From positions 1-47,639 of the forward strand of contig CBFFRQ010000001.1 of assembly GCA_965644315.1 (NCBI GenBank): a stretch of 47,639 bases of DNA, given 5' to 3'. Position numbers and translations under genes: made by a program. The notes under the pieces are model-generated. The model saw only the letters and a program-made list of their open reading frames with translations, was not told the DNA's origin and did no database searches. The stretch comes from Caecitellus pseudoparvulus (taxonomy: Eukaryota; Protista; Bigyra: Bicosoecida). Below, in pieces: positions 8,601-18,794 of the stretch (positions are counted from its first letter, which is position 1; each line of letters starts with the position of its first letter).

Positions 8601-10659
8601 CGAGCACCTTTGCCAAGGTAGTATGACGATGCGCGATCGGCAGACCCTTGAAGAGGATTCCGAACTGCAGCGGATCATGTGTGTCGCTCTCTTGAAGTCA
8701 GAGGAGACTCTCAAAGCAGCGGTGAAGAAGACGCTCATGGTTGAACATGTGAAAGCCAAAGTCCAAGCTCTTCGATCCTGGGTATTGTGGCGTTCAGACT
8801 TTCAGTCATTCAGCTGTGGTGCTGAGCTAGCTGAGAAATTGTGTACTCTCCCTGGTGACAGTGCCAATCTGGAGGAATGGCTTGCAACGGCAAAGGCTCA
8901 AGTTGCAGCACTGGCTCAGTCGCATGTGTCACCACAGGCACTGATGCGCTTCGCGAGTATTGAAAACAGCCACTTCTACGACTGGTTGGTTGGAACAGAA
9001 GCTCCATTGCCTGCAGTGTTGTTCTCAGGCAGTGCCACGTCCGCCATTTATGGAGCGGCAGAGCAAACACTTGGAAGCCCCGGCACTTCGACCGAGCCAC
9101 TTGATGGCTCCCCATGCACCTCTCAGGACTGTTCAACAACAGCACCGAGTGCCGGTTCAGGCTGCAACATGCTACCTTCTCTCCCGTCCTGTCTCAAAAA
9201 CCTTGATTTGAGCCCTCGTCAAGTTGAAGTGTTGACCTTCGCGCTCCAGAAGTTCGCGCACATTGAACACCACTGGGATGTCCCCACTGAGAAGTTAGAG
9301 CCTGTGATGAGAGCAAGGGACTTGCAGCACCTGCTCCATGCTGCTGGCAAGGCTCTGGGTGTGCACGCTCAAGCTCTGCGCTCTCAGCCAGGAAGGAAGG
9401 AAGCTCGTTCTGCGCTTGAGTTCTTGGCATCCCGCTGCTTTACGTCCATCGAAGTTGTACGTCAAGCTGAGCACAGCGAGGCGGCCGTCGGCATGCCGCC
9501 CGTCCGCTTGAGCCTTGGGCCTGTGGTGGATGCATGGTGCAGCGTCCGCCCCGGACGCAAGAGCTTCGAAGGAACACTTGCAGACCTGACCACGTGGTGG
9601 CTCGACAGGCAAGAGTTCCATCAAGCGGCACAGCCTGCACAAAGTGATGCGTCGGCCAACGCCCAAGAGTCGCAAGCTGTTGACGGCGCTCTGCGCAGCT
9701 TGAAGAATCAAGCATTCTGGCTGCGATCATCAAGCCCCGAAGAGCTTGGAAGCATAGAGGCTGCTGAACAGGTGGAGGCTGTCGTGGATGCAATCAACAA
9801 GTTGCATACTTCCCTGAGTCCTGCCCCTGTAGCTCGCGAAACCAAGCTGCTGCAAGTGGGTGAGCTAGACGAGTCAGGTGAAGTGTCAGTGTTTGAGAGC
9901 CAGGGCATGCACGTGCTGCAAGTGAAAGAGTTCCTAGAGCCGGATTCGATAACAACGAGCGAAGAAGTATGTGCCTGGACGTCAAGCCTATTGGCAGGTG
10001 CCAAGCGCGTGCAGGAGTGCGTGGTTGCCAGTGACACGTTCAACCGTGTGCGGGAAAGCCTGGGACTTCCTCGCATGTCCCAGCGGCCGAGTTCGTTTTC
10101 GTGTGTCCACACATGCGGAGGCACAGGGCAAGAAGACCCTCTGGGGCCCATGTCAGGGCTCACACTTCAGGTGTTCTGTGATCGCGCAGTGCCATTGAGT
10201 GTGCTTGTGAATGATCCGCGATGGGTTGACATGCACGAAGGGCTGAAACAGCAGCTGTGTGTCAAAATCCTCGGCGTGTGTGCGACTGCTGAGGAATGCG
10301 GGATGAGCCTGAACAATATTGGGTTGGGGAGTTTTGTGTTGTCTGGCCTGGTTCATTGCGGTGTGCCTGAGCTGGAGGCTTCCCTTCGCGAAGGCACTTG
10401 CACTGTGCTCCTTGGAGCAGGGTCGCACGTCTGGATTAACGCTGACGCTGCTCCTTCAGCAGAGGGCTTGAGCACACTTCTTCAGCGGGTTTGCGATGTC
10501 CCACCAGACACCAGCGGTGCTGCAGCAAGCCACGCAGATCCAGGGTCGAAGTCGTGGCAGGTGACTTTCGGCAACGTGCTGTCCCTGTTGGAGGAGAGAG
10601 GCGACCACTGCTGCAGGGCAGCGTTCCTGGAGGCATGCTGCGCAACTGAGCTCACGTGA
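5698..10659 (+). CDS. Large hypothetical protein (about 1650 aa; true start uncertain), possible degenerate kinase-like C-terminal domain
   Basis: 4.9-kb uninterrupted ORF with mostly helical-looking composition. The 5' end has splice-like signals (5614, 5766-5822). No family is confidently recognised. Confidence 0.7.
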   Translation: MIRPGAHRYLVKRSFVSNDTALRLACSCTGLQVLLIMWAPRRMAWASSSSCKTAGTPDGVNFDTTKGRFVDVHGRVLHSVLLGEGSDQELFTFCHELLAYLGSKTSIAIDPRTGLTTEQLESGHGPITLTDKTWQTADRSLSFQSGKGWKYVRKRGSRPSTPPAKGFGTASLGAGSWLADKSRSFLKKAGLSIRAEEPHPAVLDLCTWAEDACARDADFQSSLTGISERCKWVLDACNHDPSSDQTASSALALGEVLSDILQRSDTIKNLPLLVSILPAVLVAVQMSGMAKKHGSKLQGAALAGAIVRTLWFQNMENLVLGPDGSACEAALGLVAETVKGKLWYLEALQASFFSVTLPQDGTEISGHLLSRTPRQLLVASLMFCSISASLEHSGSYIGRSASQDAMTYMVRSPQADFMSLHAGLAPAQFLGCLFALARVQSLALPEGELLRPMFAAMARRFQAAWSAGHALLVQWTELRALFAKPAFVGILLNTDAESRVECMRELVTCVFDVGILARHDVVCLVNTLRGLGQSLTRSRGGVHAAAEGAAADVSPQSAAPQIEAYDGVFRDMLQGAHLGVPEVHGANFVREMDTWLGAGGSAEAWQQEAWYDMLATRFGEAAAQPSSMAGMTPASAIQVTSRCPTLEESGAFVGQWMWHFYSYCCVHEARSGAEGDLVAFAAGAELVVAATCSRGQDPSSKQQCLLLCLGTWLASAEANLPPDTRRAPARSRFSNRILAATHLLLLSERVVELSREVFTPSTSEAQTETFEAELARVLDTRCQTICKCAGLHEHAGVDGEAMKALHTAEQCQVKSEAGCLPWVYIIFASTVAGRLSRHWWTAQEEKSQGRAIMNLLTHDGCGRRVRRTACLPRLMLGVAALLELPRSNPWMLLRVTGFEELCTLLNVSASEGVYASITDEFGQELIPALTIQKAASEATAQLVPRPRSLAEVLGRVWNSVLLPVRKIYEHLCQGSMTMRDRQTLEEDSELQRIMCVALLKSEETLKAAVKKTLMVEHVKAKVQALRSWVLWRSDFQSFSCGAELAEKLCTLPGDSANLEEWLATAKAQVAALAQSHVSPQALMRFASIENSHFYDWLVGTEAPLPAVLFSGSATSAIYGAAEQTLGSPGTSTEPLDGSPCTSQDCSTTAPSAGSGCNMLPSLPSCLKNLDLSPRQVEVLTFALQKFAHIEHHWDVPTEKLEPVMRARDLQHLLHAAGKALGVHAQALRSQPGRKEARSALEFLASRCFTSIEVVRQAEHSEAAVGMPPVRLSLGPVVDAWCSVRPGRKSFEGTLADLTTWWLDRQEFHQAAQPAQSDASANAQESQAVDGALRSLKNQAFWLRSSSPEELGSIEAAEQVEAVVDAINKLHTSLSPAPVARETKLLQVGELDESGEVSVFESQGMHVLQVKEFLEPDSITTSEEVCAWTSSLLAGAKRVQECVVASDTFNRVRESLGLPRMSQRPSSFSCVHTCGGTGQEDPLGPMSGLTLQVFCDRAVPLSVLVNDPRWVDMHEGLKQQLCVKILGVCATAEECGMSLNNIGLGSFVLSGLVHCGVPELEASLREGTCTVLLGAGSHVWINADAAPSAEGLSTLLQRVCDVPPDTSGAAASHADPGSKSWQVTFGNVLSLLEERGDHCCRAAFLEACCATELT

Positions 10660-10907
10660 AGTGCAGCATGTTTTCAGGCAGTGACTTCTCGGAACGCGCC
10701 TGGTTCTTCCTCCAGGGCTTGGGCCGTCCGTAAATGCAGGCGATTCTCCTTTGGAGCGCATAGCGACAAATGAGCGGTACACTTGCCTCTCTCCGCTCAT
10801 GGGTTGATGCGGTGGACTGGCCGCGATCTCTGGTCATGGCATGCCACACCAACAAGAGAATTGTAGTGCTTGCTTTTAAAATCATTATCAACTCGTCTGC
10901 ATTGCAT

Positions 10908-12033
10908 TCAGAACGGAATGACTGCACGCTGGTCGTAGAATTTGCCACTCTGTACGACCCCGTCCTGGGCTGCCAGCAGCCACACGAGGGAGTCGATGCC
11001 CTCCTCCGCGGTGATCATGCCCATGCTGCGTTTCTTTGCTTCCAACTCTGGCAGAGTGCCCTCCAGTGTTTCGCGGCCGAGGCCAGTCTGCGGGGGAGGG
11101 GACAAGGAGCTATGACGCTTTTGGCGGTTGAGCAACAAAGCACAGGGGCGGCACTACGCACGGCAACAATACCAGGGTGCACTGCGACGACGCGCTGCAG
11201 CATGTCTTTCGCATCGGAGCTTCCTCGCAGGTCGGCGGCGGGTTTGTTCCCGTCCACCATTTCCTGGTGCAGGCGCACCATGAGGCCGTTCTCGGCAGCC
11301 AGGGTGGCACTGTACACAAGCATGCCGAGGCCGGGTGGCGGCTTCTCCAGTGCGCCAGCCAGTCCGGAGACGAAGAGAACGGTGCGTTCAAAGTCAGTGG
11401 GGGCGGCCAGCAGGAGCGGCATGCCGTACTTGACACACCACCAGTAGCCCTCCACGTTGGTGCGGAAGGTAGCCTCCTCCAGCTCATCGGGGCAGTCCAG
11501 GATTGGTTGGTGGAAGCCCGGCATGATGCTGGCGTTCAGCACCAGGCTCTCAATGTGGCCGTAGTCCTCAGCCACGCCCCGCATCAGCGCCTTGATGCTG
11601 TGGCGGTCGCTGCAGTCGGCTGTCCGCCCGTCAACTCTGCGGTGCGAAGTATGGAGAAAAGAGGTTGTGCAGCTCATTCTTCTGCCCAGGCCAAGACGTG
11701 TATCCCCCTTGTCTGTTCCACTGGCGCTCTCGCCACGCACCTGTGTCGTGTGCTCTCGATGCTCTCCGCTGCCGCTTTCACTGCGTCCGTGTCACGGCCC
11801 ACAGCGATGACCCGGGCGCCCCGTTGAGCCAGGGCTTTGGTGAGCTCTAGACCCATGCCGCGATTGGCGCCTGGAATGGGGCAAGGCACAGGTCCAGGTC
11901 ACGCGAAGCGCTTGAAGATGCAGTGCTCGCCACCACGCCTTCACGCACCTGTAACGAGGCAAACACGGTCCGTAAGGTCCCTCTCGTCAAATGCAGTCCC
12001 AGGCTTTCCGAGACCGCTGCCCAAAGTCGCCAT
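10908..12033 (-). CDS. Short-chain dehydrogenase/reductase (SDR) family protein, 4 exons
   Basis: Spliced VCLVTG|ANRGMG (TGxxxGxG) across intron 11871-11948; second intron 11637-11740; LVLNAS, TNVEG, YSATL, VHPG motifs; ends SGKFY...IPF*. Confidence 0.88.
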
Positions 12034-12510
12034 GCCCCGAGCTTGGTGAGCTGTCGACCTGTGACAAAGCGCGGTGTGTGGCGCACCAGTCAAACGCCAA
12101 GTGAGGACCACCACGCCACGTCACCTACCTCGTCAACGTTCCAGCTGCAGTCGCAGCAGCTGCCGCTGAACGTGCGAGCATGGTTGCGGATGTCTGTATT
12201 GGGAGTGCTTTGGGCATCAATGTGGAAGCTCCGTGTGCTCTCTTGGCCACAGACCGCTGGGCTGTGCGGAGTCTGGCCACAGAACTTCGGCACCACGTAC
12301 CAGACGGGCGAAAGAACAAACCCAAAGGAAGCAAGCTCCTGAGAGACAAATACCGCCTGCCCTATACTGTGCTTTGTTTCAAGTTTTTTAGCCGCTCATG
12401 TTGAATTGTGCGCAAGGCCAGCCCAAACTTCTGTTGCCTCCTACAGAACGCCTGGTTTATCCAAGCACAAGCTCACCCTTCCTCCTTCGCGTCGCCTGGG
12501 GCGTGGAGAC

Positions 12511-14824
12511 ATGGCTGTCCGCTTCAGAACTAAACATGCTCTTGGTATAGGCGTGGCCAGCACTGCTTGTGCGGGTGCCTATGGTTTGTACTGGCTCACA
12601 TCTCACCCCGTCTCAACCCCAAGCCTGCAGGTGAGAGTTTCGCCATGAAACGCGGCGAACCACGCACTGCATCGCCCCCTCCGTCTCCTCGTTTCAGAGT
12701 GCCGTGCACCAAGTGGACGGAACTGCTCTCGCGGGTCGTCTCAGCGCCAACCCCGTTGACGCAGCATTCTTTACCCCTGTGCTGCAAGCCCCACACGCTG
12801 TGCTGGTTCACGCAGCGTACCTAGACCAGCTGCCCACTGCGTCGTTGCCGGCTTTGCCTGGCCCAGCAGAGGCTGAAGAGTCCCCCTCAGAATCCCCTCC
12901 CTCTGATGTAGTGTGCACATTGGATCTGCTTTCGCTTCAAGTTGACTCAAGTGGGGCGTGCACCTTGCCGCCCAGTTTGTCCCTCTTGCGTCGGCAGCAA
13001 GAAGCCACAGCGTCAACACTCCGCACGAGGCATTGGCTGCAGAAAGTGGGAGTCGCCTTACAGCACCCCGAGCTTGATCCGCATGCCCTCGCCACAGCCA
13101 TGCACATCCATGGCCTTGAGTGGGGCGTGGATGCGGCCGCAGTGCAGGCGGCATCGCCACAGCTGGCGGATGTGGCGGAGTCACTGCGCCTGTGCACGGC
13201 TGCGCTGTGCAACGCAAGAGGGCATGACTCCGAAGCATCGAATACTCCGTACACCTTACTGCATGTGTGTTTTTCCGACTCCCCGCCACTTTGCCTGGAC
13301 CCCAACTCTGGCTTCAAGGCCAACAAAGTAGCCGCACAAGCGCTGCAGCTGTGGAACGCTGCAGAGTGCAGCGACGAGGCAGATGCTGGGGTGGCTTCGC
13401 TGGTGGTGGCCCTGCTTGCAGCTGTCCTTCAGGATGCCGTGCGTCCCGAGCAGGGCCCAGCGACCGTGGCAGTGACCCAACCCAGCCCCGCCACACACGG
13501 CGATCCAGGTGACCCTACGCCGTCCATCGGCATTTTGGGCTCTGGCAGTGAAGGACTAGCCTCAGCGCCTCCGCTGCCACCCCAGGACCTGCGAGATGCG
13601 CTACTTCGCGCACATCTCTCGCACAGCGAGCTGGTGGGCCGTATCTTGTGGACGTGGGCCCACTTGCTGCATGAATTGCGCTGGGCCAGCGCCCTGCTGT
13701 CAACGCAGCCGCCAGCCGTGCACGCTCCCCGCGGGTCCCGCACCGCAGTCTTGCGCTGCACAGACTTGACAGCGGAGCAGGTATCTGAAGCTGTGGAGAC
13801 ATGGATGACCCAGGTCGCAGGAGAGGCGCCTGAGCCAGCGGCAGCCAAAGCTGCGGCCACTGCCGTGAGCCGTGTCGCGGGTGGTCGGGCTGGCGTTGTC
13901 GGGGGCATTCTGGATGCCGCACAGGCCTTGATGCTGCTGCAGCAGGCAAAGGATGAAGGGGAAGCCCAGGCAAGATCAGAGCCACGAGAAAAGTCGCCCA
14001 GTCAGGACCATCCCTCAGAGGAGGAGGAACAACCACAACAGCAGAAGCCCAACTTGCCATGGCCGGAAGAAGCAGCGTCTGCGCTGCACGACGCATGTGC
14101 AGGAGTGCTGCAGGTGGCAGAAGGAAATCTGCACGACATTTTCACAGGCACTGCGCTGCCCCCTCCATCCAGCCGCACTCCAGACACCCTGTTGGCTGCA
14201 AACGTCGCGTTGCTGGCGCTGCAGACAATTGCCGGCAGCCGCACCGACATGCTGGGCGGGCCGGGGGCCGCGACTCACGGCCCACAGCACCTCATGAGCC
14301 TCCTTGGGCACTGTAAAAAGGTGCACCCGGCAGGTGATGAGACTGCCATTGCGCCCTATGTACATGGGCTGCTATCTGCTGGCGTGCTGCAGTGGGTGGC
14401 GGACCCTGCGACGCGTCGACCAAGCTCGGCAGAGTACACGTCTCCAGCTGTCTGTGACCGGGCTGCACTGGTGAGCGCACATCCCACGCTACTTGCAGCC
14501 TTGGATGGTGCCATGCAGCAGTCGCCAGCCGCGCTCGCGCGCCTTGAGCAGGACGCGCTGACCAAGCACGCGGCCTATGACGCGGCGGCAGCGGCACAAG
14601 ACATTTCTTCGCTGGCGGCCGACATCTCCGACGTCAAGGCCGCTCTGGAACTCGTGCAGGCGCGTCTGGCAGACGGTGACATGGAGGCGGACGAAGCAGC
14701 TGCCGCTGAGCTTGAGCTGCGACTGCTGCTAAGCCGCCTGGAGCCAGAGCTGTGGGAGGCGCAAGCCCGACAACGCAAGGCAGCTGCGTCCACCGCACAC
14801 CTCAGCACGCTTGGGAGGGAGTAA
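12511..14824 (+). CDS. Hypothetical protein with an N-terminal membrane anchor and C-terminal coiled coil; exons 12511-12630 and 12698-14824
   Basis: Basic N-terminus plus hydrophobic LGIGVASTACAGAYGLYWL. A 67-bp in-phase GTGAGA...TTTCAG intron joins the 706-aa ORF. Confidence 0.7.
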
Positions 14825-14851
14825 TGCACATCAACTGCCGTGCCGTGCATT
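14823..14851. promoter_or_regulatory. Inverted pair of AATGCAC motifs between convergent stop codons (candidate 3'-end signals)
   Basis: AATGCAC at 14823 (+, overlapping TAA) and at 14851-14845 (-, directly after TGA). Confidence 0.5.
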
Positions 14852-17800
14852 TCACTCGTCCAGGATGTCTGCGTACGCTGCCGCTTCGTCAGCGGCAAGG
14901 CTGTCTCCAGCCTCGGAAAACGCATGCCGTTCCCATGCCCGAGCCAGGTTCGCCTCATGCAGCTCCACCAGCGAGCTCACGACTGCATCTGCAGCAGCAA
15001 GGGGCTCAGACCCGAATGCTCCCTCCAGGCGCTGCCTCACCGCTCCGTATGCGTTGCGGGCAGCGTCACTCGCGGGGCCCGACACTTCCAGCGACTCCTG
15101 CACCCGCTCCGCCACAAAATGCACTACTGCCGCTGCAGAGGGCTGCGACATGCCAGGCAGGGGTCCGTGCCGCACTGCTGCTGCGACAGCTGCCTCTTGC
15201 CCATGCACGTTGCCAATGGACGCCAACACACCCTTCGCATCCACACGCGTGTCGGAGTGTGGCAGGGCATGAATGAGCGTCACCACCAACGCCTCGAAGG
15301 CGTCCACCCACCGCCCTTCCCGCAAACAGGCGTACGTCAGCCCGTGGCAGACAGCAGCCTCCACTGGCGGCACGTGGCGAATGGTCATGCGGACGCCGCC
15401 GTGCTGCCCCCCTGGTCGTCCCCTGCCCAGCGCCAAGGCGGCACGCAACATGGCCAGGGCGACGTCAGTCTGCCCTGCGCCCAGGGCGGCCTTGATGCCG
15501 CTGTTGAGCACGCTGTGCAGGGGACTGCGCATGCCGGGAAGGTGCTCCACACGGCTCCCCAGCTCCAGCACAGGCGGCAGCAGCTCCAGGGAGGGGGGTG
15601 GCGCCACTGCGGCGTTGAAGTCAGCGGACCAGAGAGGAGTCACCGGCAGGGTCAGCGGCGAGGGGTGTCCCTCCCCGCGGCCGGCTTGTTGCAGGAGTGC
15701 AGCGACGACGGTGCCGCTGGGCGTGTCCCGAGGCAGCGGCCAGCCTGCCATGGCCACTGAGCCCCCAGCAGCCTCGAACCCGACCAAGGCATCCCCCCCT
15801 GCACCTGCTGCCTTGGCCGCATGGGCACCACTGTGCAGCAGCAGCGGCAGGTGCAGGTGGGTAGCGGCTGCACGGACGTCTGTGGCGGCAGGCAGCGCCA
15901 GTTGGCGCACGACACTGCGCATAGCCCGAGACAGCGCCAGAGCAGTGCTCTCACCGCCCAGGCCCACCGTGCCGCCCTCGAACCCACTCAGAGTCAGGCG
16001 CCTACACCGCTCTCCACCAGGCGCCCAGGCATCTGCTGGGCCAAAGTCACTGCCTTCTCGTCGCTCCCAACCGGGTGGCGCCACGCACCCCGGTGGTGGG
16101 AGCCCTGCGTCACTCGCCAAGGCAGCCGCACTGGCACACTGTGGCGCACACGGCGCCCAGTGCGACATCTTTCCCCGACCAGGCACACAGCAGGGCGCTG
16201 GGGGCGGTGACCGTGCCCCTGCCGCCCTCTGCTTCGCCTCAGCCGCCATACTCTGCACGAGGGACTCCAGGGACACAGGTGGTGGGGGGGCATGTCCATC
16301 AGAGGCGACAGCCACCCCCCCCTGCCCCTCGCGCACACCGCGCACACAGGCTGCCAGCACCTCCAGCCCCGCACCGCCGTGTCCCAGCGCCACGAGGGTG
16401 TGCAGGAGGGCCACTGCGGCAGGCGCCACGCCGGGGACGTTCGCAGCCACAGCGGAGCGCAGGAGTGGGCCCAGCTGCCGTGCCTCGGACATGACCCGCC
16501 CGACACGCGTCTTGAGGGGCAGGGCTGCGAGCCAGGAGGAGGGGGTGGAGGGGGGGGTGGAGGGGGGCTCCGAACCCCCCCCCCCACCCCCCAGCCCCTG
16601 CACCTCTGCCGCACTGGAGCGGAGCTGGCTCACCCACAGCGTGAGGAGGTGCGGCACGAGCGCCTGGGAAAGGTGGGGCGTGGGGGGTGTGCCCAGGGCC
16701 CACCCGCCAATACCGCCCACAGCTCGGCTCCGCAGCAGGCGCCACATGCCAGCGACGGTGCCGTGGAAGCCCAGGTCGCACAAGGCGACCATGGCTCGCA
16801 AGGCGTGCCCCAAGTCCACCCCCCCCGCCCGGGCCCACTTGCACCCGTCATGTCCCAGGTCCACGGGGTAGTAGTGGTGTCCACTCCACTGCCGGGGGGG
16901 GGCGGCGTAGGGGGGGGTAGGGGCCCCCCCCCGGCCCCACCGCAGCCCGGCGGCACCCCCCCACACCTCATCCAACAAAGCATCCCCTGGCGCAATGCTG
17001 CCAATCAGCGCCGCATCACGAGATGCGGGCCACTCTGCCGGGGCGGTGTTCCGCAGAACAGCCTTCTGGGCCGTGGCGGTGTCTGGCAGCGAAGCCAGTG
17101 CCTTGGCCCATGCACTGTACGCCTTACGGAAGGGAGGCGAGACGTCACCCCCGCCCAGGGCTGACGACGGCACTGCCCCTCGTGCTGCCGTGTCGCGTCG
17201 AATGCCCTGTGGCAGGCTGGCTGTGGCGGGCAGTGGCGAGCGTTTGTCTGCCACACGGGCGTCTGCCGCACTCTGCCGCATGGACAGACGGTACACTTCG
17301 TCTGCCACGGCCGTGCAGACGGCTGTGTAGATCTGGGCGGGGCAGGTCACGTCTTGTGCGGTCAGGGTTCGTGTCACGAGGGTTGGCGGCTCCACCAGAC
17401 GCCCAGGCAGGGCGTGGGCAGCACCTGCACCCAGTGCCTGAAGCCAGCCGACGCTGCCTGGGGCGTGACCTGGCGCAGAGACGTCAGCCATGGCCAGCGT
17501 GGGGATGGACCGCAGCAGGGCGGCGGCGGCAGGCGCCTGGAGCTCCCGTGGCGCTGCGCTGCGAACGACTTGCGTGGTCAGTGCCTGGGCGGTGCCGGAC
17601 AGCAGCTTCAGCGGGCTGAGCAGCATTTCCCGGGGCTGGGAGGCGGCGTAGTCGCCCAGCAGCCACCGCGCAGACATGTCCCCCTTGGCCACACGGGCTG
17701 TGAACAGCACTCGCACAGCGTCCCAGGGCAGGGGGGGTGCGGTCCGTGTCTCGCCTGGCTGTGAGGGGGGTGACACGGCCCACCGCCGCAGCAAGGCGCG

Positions 17801-18328
17801 TGCCAGGGTGAGCTGGTCAGCCTCCACGGCTCGCAGGACGGCCCAGGTGAGCAGAGCCGGGCTGCGGTGCAGGACAGAGGGGGGCAGGGAGGACGCCAGG
17901 CCGCGGGCCAGCTCCAGCGCCGTTCGGTCGGGTGCTGCGCGGAGCAGGTTCAGGACAGCTGGCACAGGCAGGAGCTCTGCGGCGTCGAGCAGCGTGGAGG
18001 GGGGCAGGGAGGACGCCATGAGCAGCGCAAAGGGGTGCAGCAGGTGTGACTCCACCCCCGACGCAGCGCGTGGCCGTGGCACTGCTGCCAGGCTGCCCAG
18101 CACAGCAGTGAGTGCCGGAAGCGGCACGCTGCCTGAGCCATGCTCCGCAGAACTGGATACCTGGGCGGCCACAACGCGAGCCACTCCAGCCAAGAACTGA
18201 GGGTCGTCTCCGGACACGGTTGCTGCGGGCCGGGCCAGCACGGTTGCCGCAAGGTGAGGGCGGACTTGTTTGGAGTGCGGAAAATGCGCCAGCCGCCGAG
18301 CGGCGCGTGCCAGCCGCTGCAGCGCCAT
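14852..18328 (-). CDS. Probable mitochondrion-targeted PPR-like alpha-solenoid protein
   Basis: Arg/Ala/Leu-rich, acid-free N-terminus (MALQRLARAARRLAHF). PPR-like repeats include SVLNSGIKAALGAGQTDVALAMLRAA and VCHGLTYACLREGRWVDAFEALV. Confidence 0.6.
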   Translation of the reverse strand: MALQRLARAARRLAHFPHSKQVRPHLAATVLARPAATVSGDDPQFLAGVARVVAAQVSSSAEHGSGSVPLPALTAVLGSLAAVPRPRAASGVESHLLHPFALLMASSLPPSTLLDAAELLPVPAVLNLLRAAPDRTALELARGLASSLPPSVLHRSPALLTWAVLRAVEADQLTLARALLRRWAVSPPSQPGETRTAPPLPWDAVRVLFTARVAKGDMSARWLLGDYAASQPREMLLSPLKLLSGTAQALTTQVVRSAAPRELQAPAAAALLRSIPTLAMADVSAPGHAPGSVGWLQALGAGAAHALPGRLVEPPTLVTRTLTAQDVTCPAQIYTAVCTAVADEVYRLSMRQSAADARVADKRSPLPATASLPQGIRRDTAARGAVPSSALGGGDVSPPFRKAYSAWAKALASLPDTATAQKAVLRNTAPAEWPASRDAALIGSIAPGDALLDEVWGGAAGLRWGRGGAPTPPYAAPPRQWSGHHYYPVDLGHDGCKWARAGGVDLGHALRAMVALCDLGFHGTVAGMWRLLRSRAVGGIGGWALGTPPTPHLSQALVPHLLTLWVSQLRSSAAEVQGLGGGGGGSEPPSTPPSTPSSWLAALPLKTRVGRVMSEARQLGPLLRSAVAANVPGVAPAAVALLHTLVALGHGGAGLEVLAACVRGVREGQGGVAVASDGHAPPPPVSLESLVQSMAAEAKQRAAGARSPPPAPCCVPGRGKMSHWAPCAPQCASAAALASDAGLPPPGCVAPPGWERREGSDFGPADAWAPGGERCRRLTLSGFEGGTVGLGGESTALALSRAMRSVVRQLALPAATDVRAAATHLHLPLLLHSGAHAAKAAGAGGDALVGFEAAGGSVAMAGWPLPRDTPSGTVVAALLQQAGRGEGHPSPLTLPVTPLWSADFNAAVAPPPSLELLPPVLELGSRVEHLPGMRSPLHSVLNSGIKAALGAGQTDVALAMLRAALALGRGRPGGQHGGVRMTIRHVPPVEAAVCHGLTYACLREGRWVDAFEALVVTLIHALPHSDTRVDAKGVLASIGNVHGQEAAVAAAVRHGPLPGMSQPSAAAVVHFVAERVQESLEVSGPASDAARNAYGAVRQRLEGAFGSEPLAAADAVVSSLVELHEANLARAWERHAFSEAGDSLAADEAAAYADILDE

Positions 18329-18794
18329 CGCAGAAGGGAGCCTATGTAGTCTGAAGCAGCGAGACAAATGGACAGGCTGCCCTTCCACTTGTGCTCGTCC
18401 CCTCTCGACGCTAAACTGCGCTGCTCCACACAGACGGCTCGAGTGGCTCTGGAGATTGACTGCCACACAGCTGCCTGAACGCTGTAGGCGGAGTTGTTGC
18501 CAATGAGGAAAATGAAGCAGCTGCAAGAAGCAGAATTGTATTCACATGTCAAGTCTGCCAGGCAACTTTCGCTGCCCGTAGGCTCCTGCCCAGAGCCTAC
18601 CGACCGACTCTGCCGCTCTCCTTGTCACGCACAGAATGAACACTGAAACACAACTCTTCACAAACTTATAGCGTGAAGGATACTCCAGCAATCCAGCGCC
18701 GGGCAAGCGGCTCGTCACGCAGTGCTTAGAGGGGCTTAGCTGAAGTCAACGTAGTTCGGCTGTTTCAGCAGCGTTTCGACTTCACTCACTCGCC

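Noticed and set aside
15273-16871. 532-aa plus-strand ORF
   Set aside because: Antisense shadow of the GC-rich PPR-like gene.
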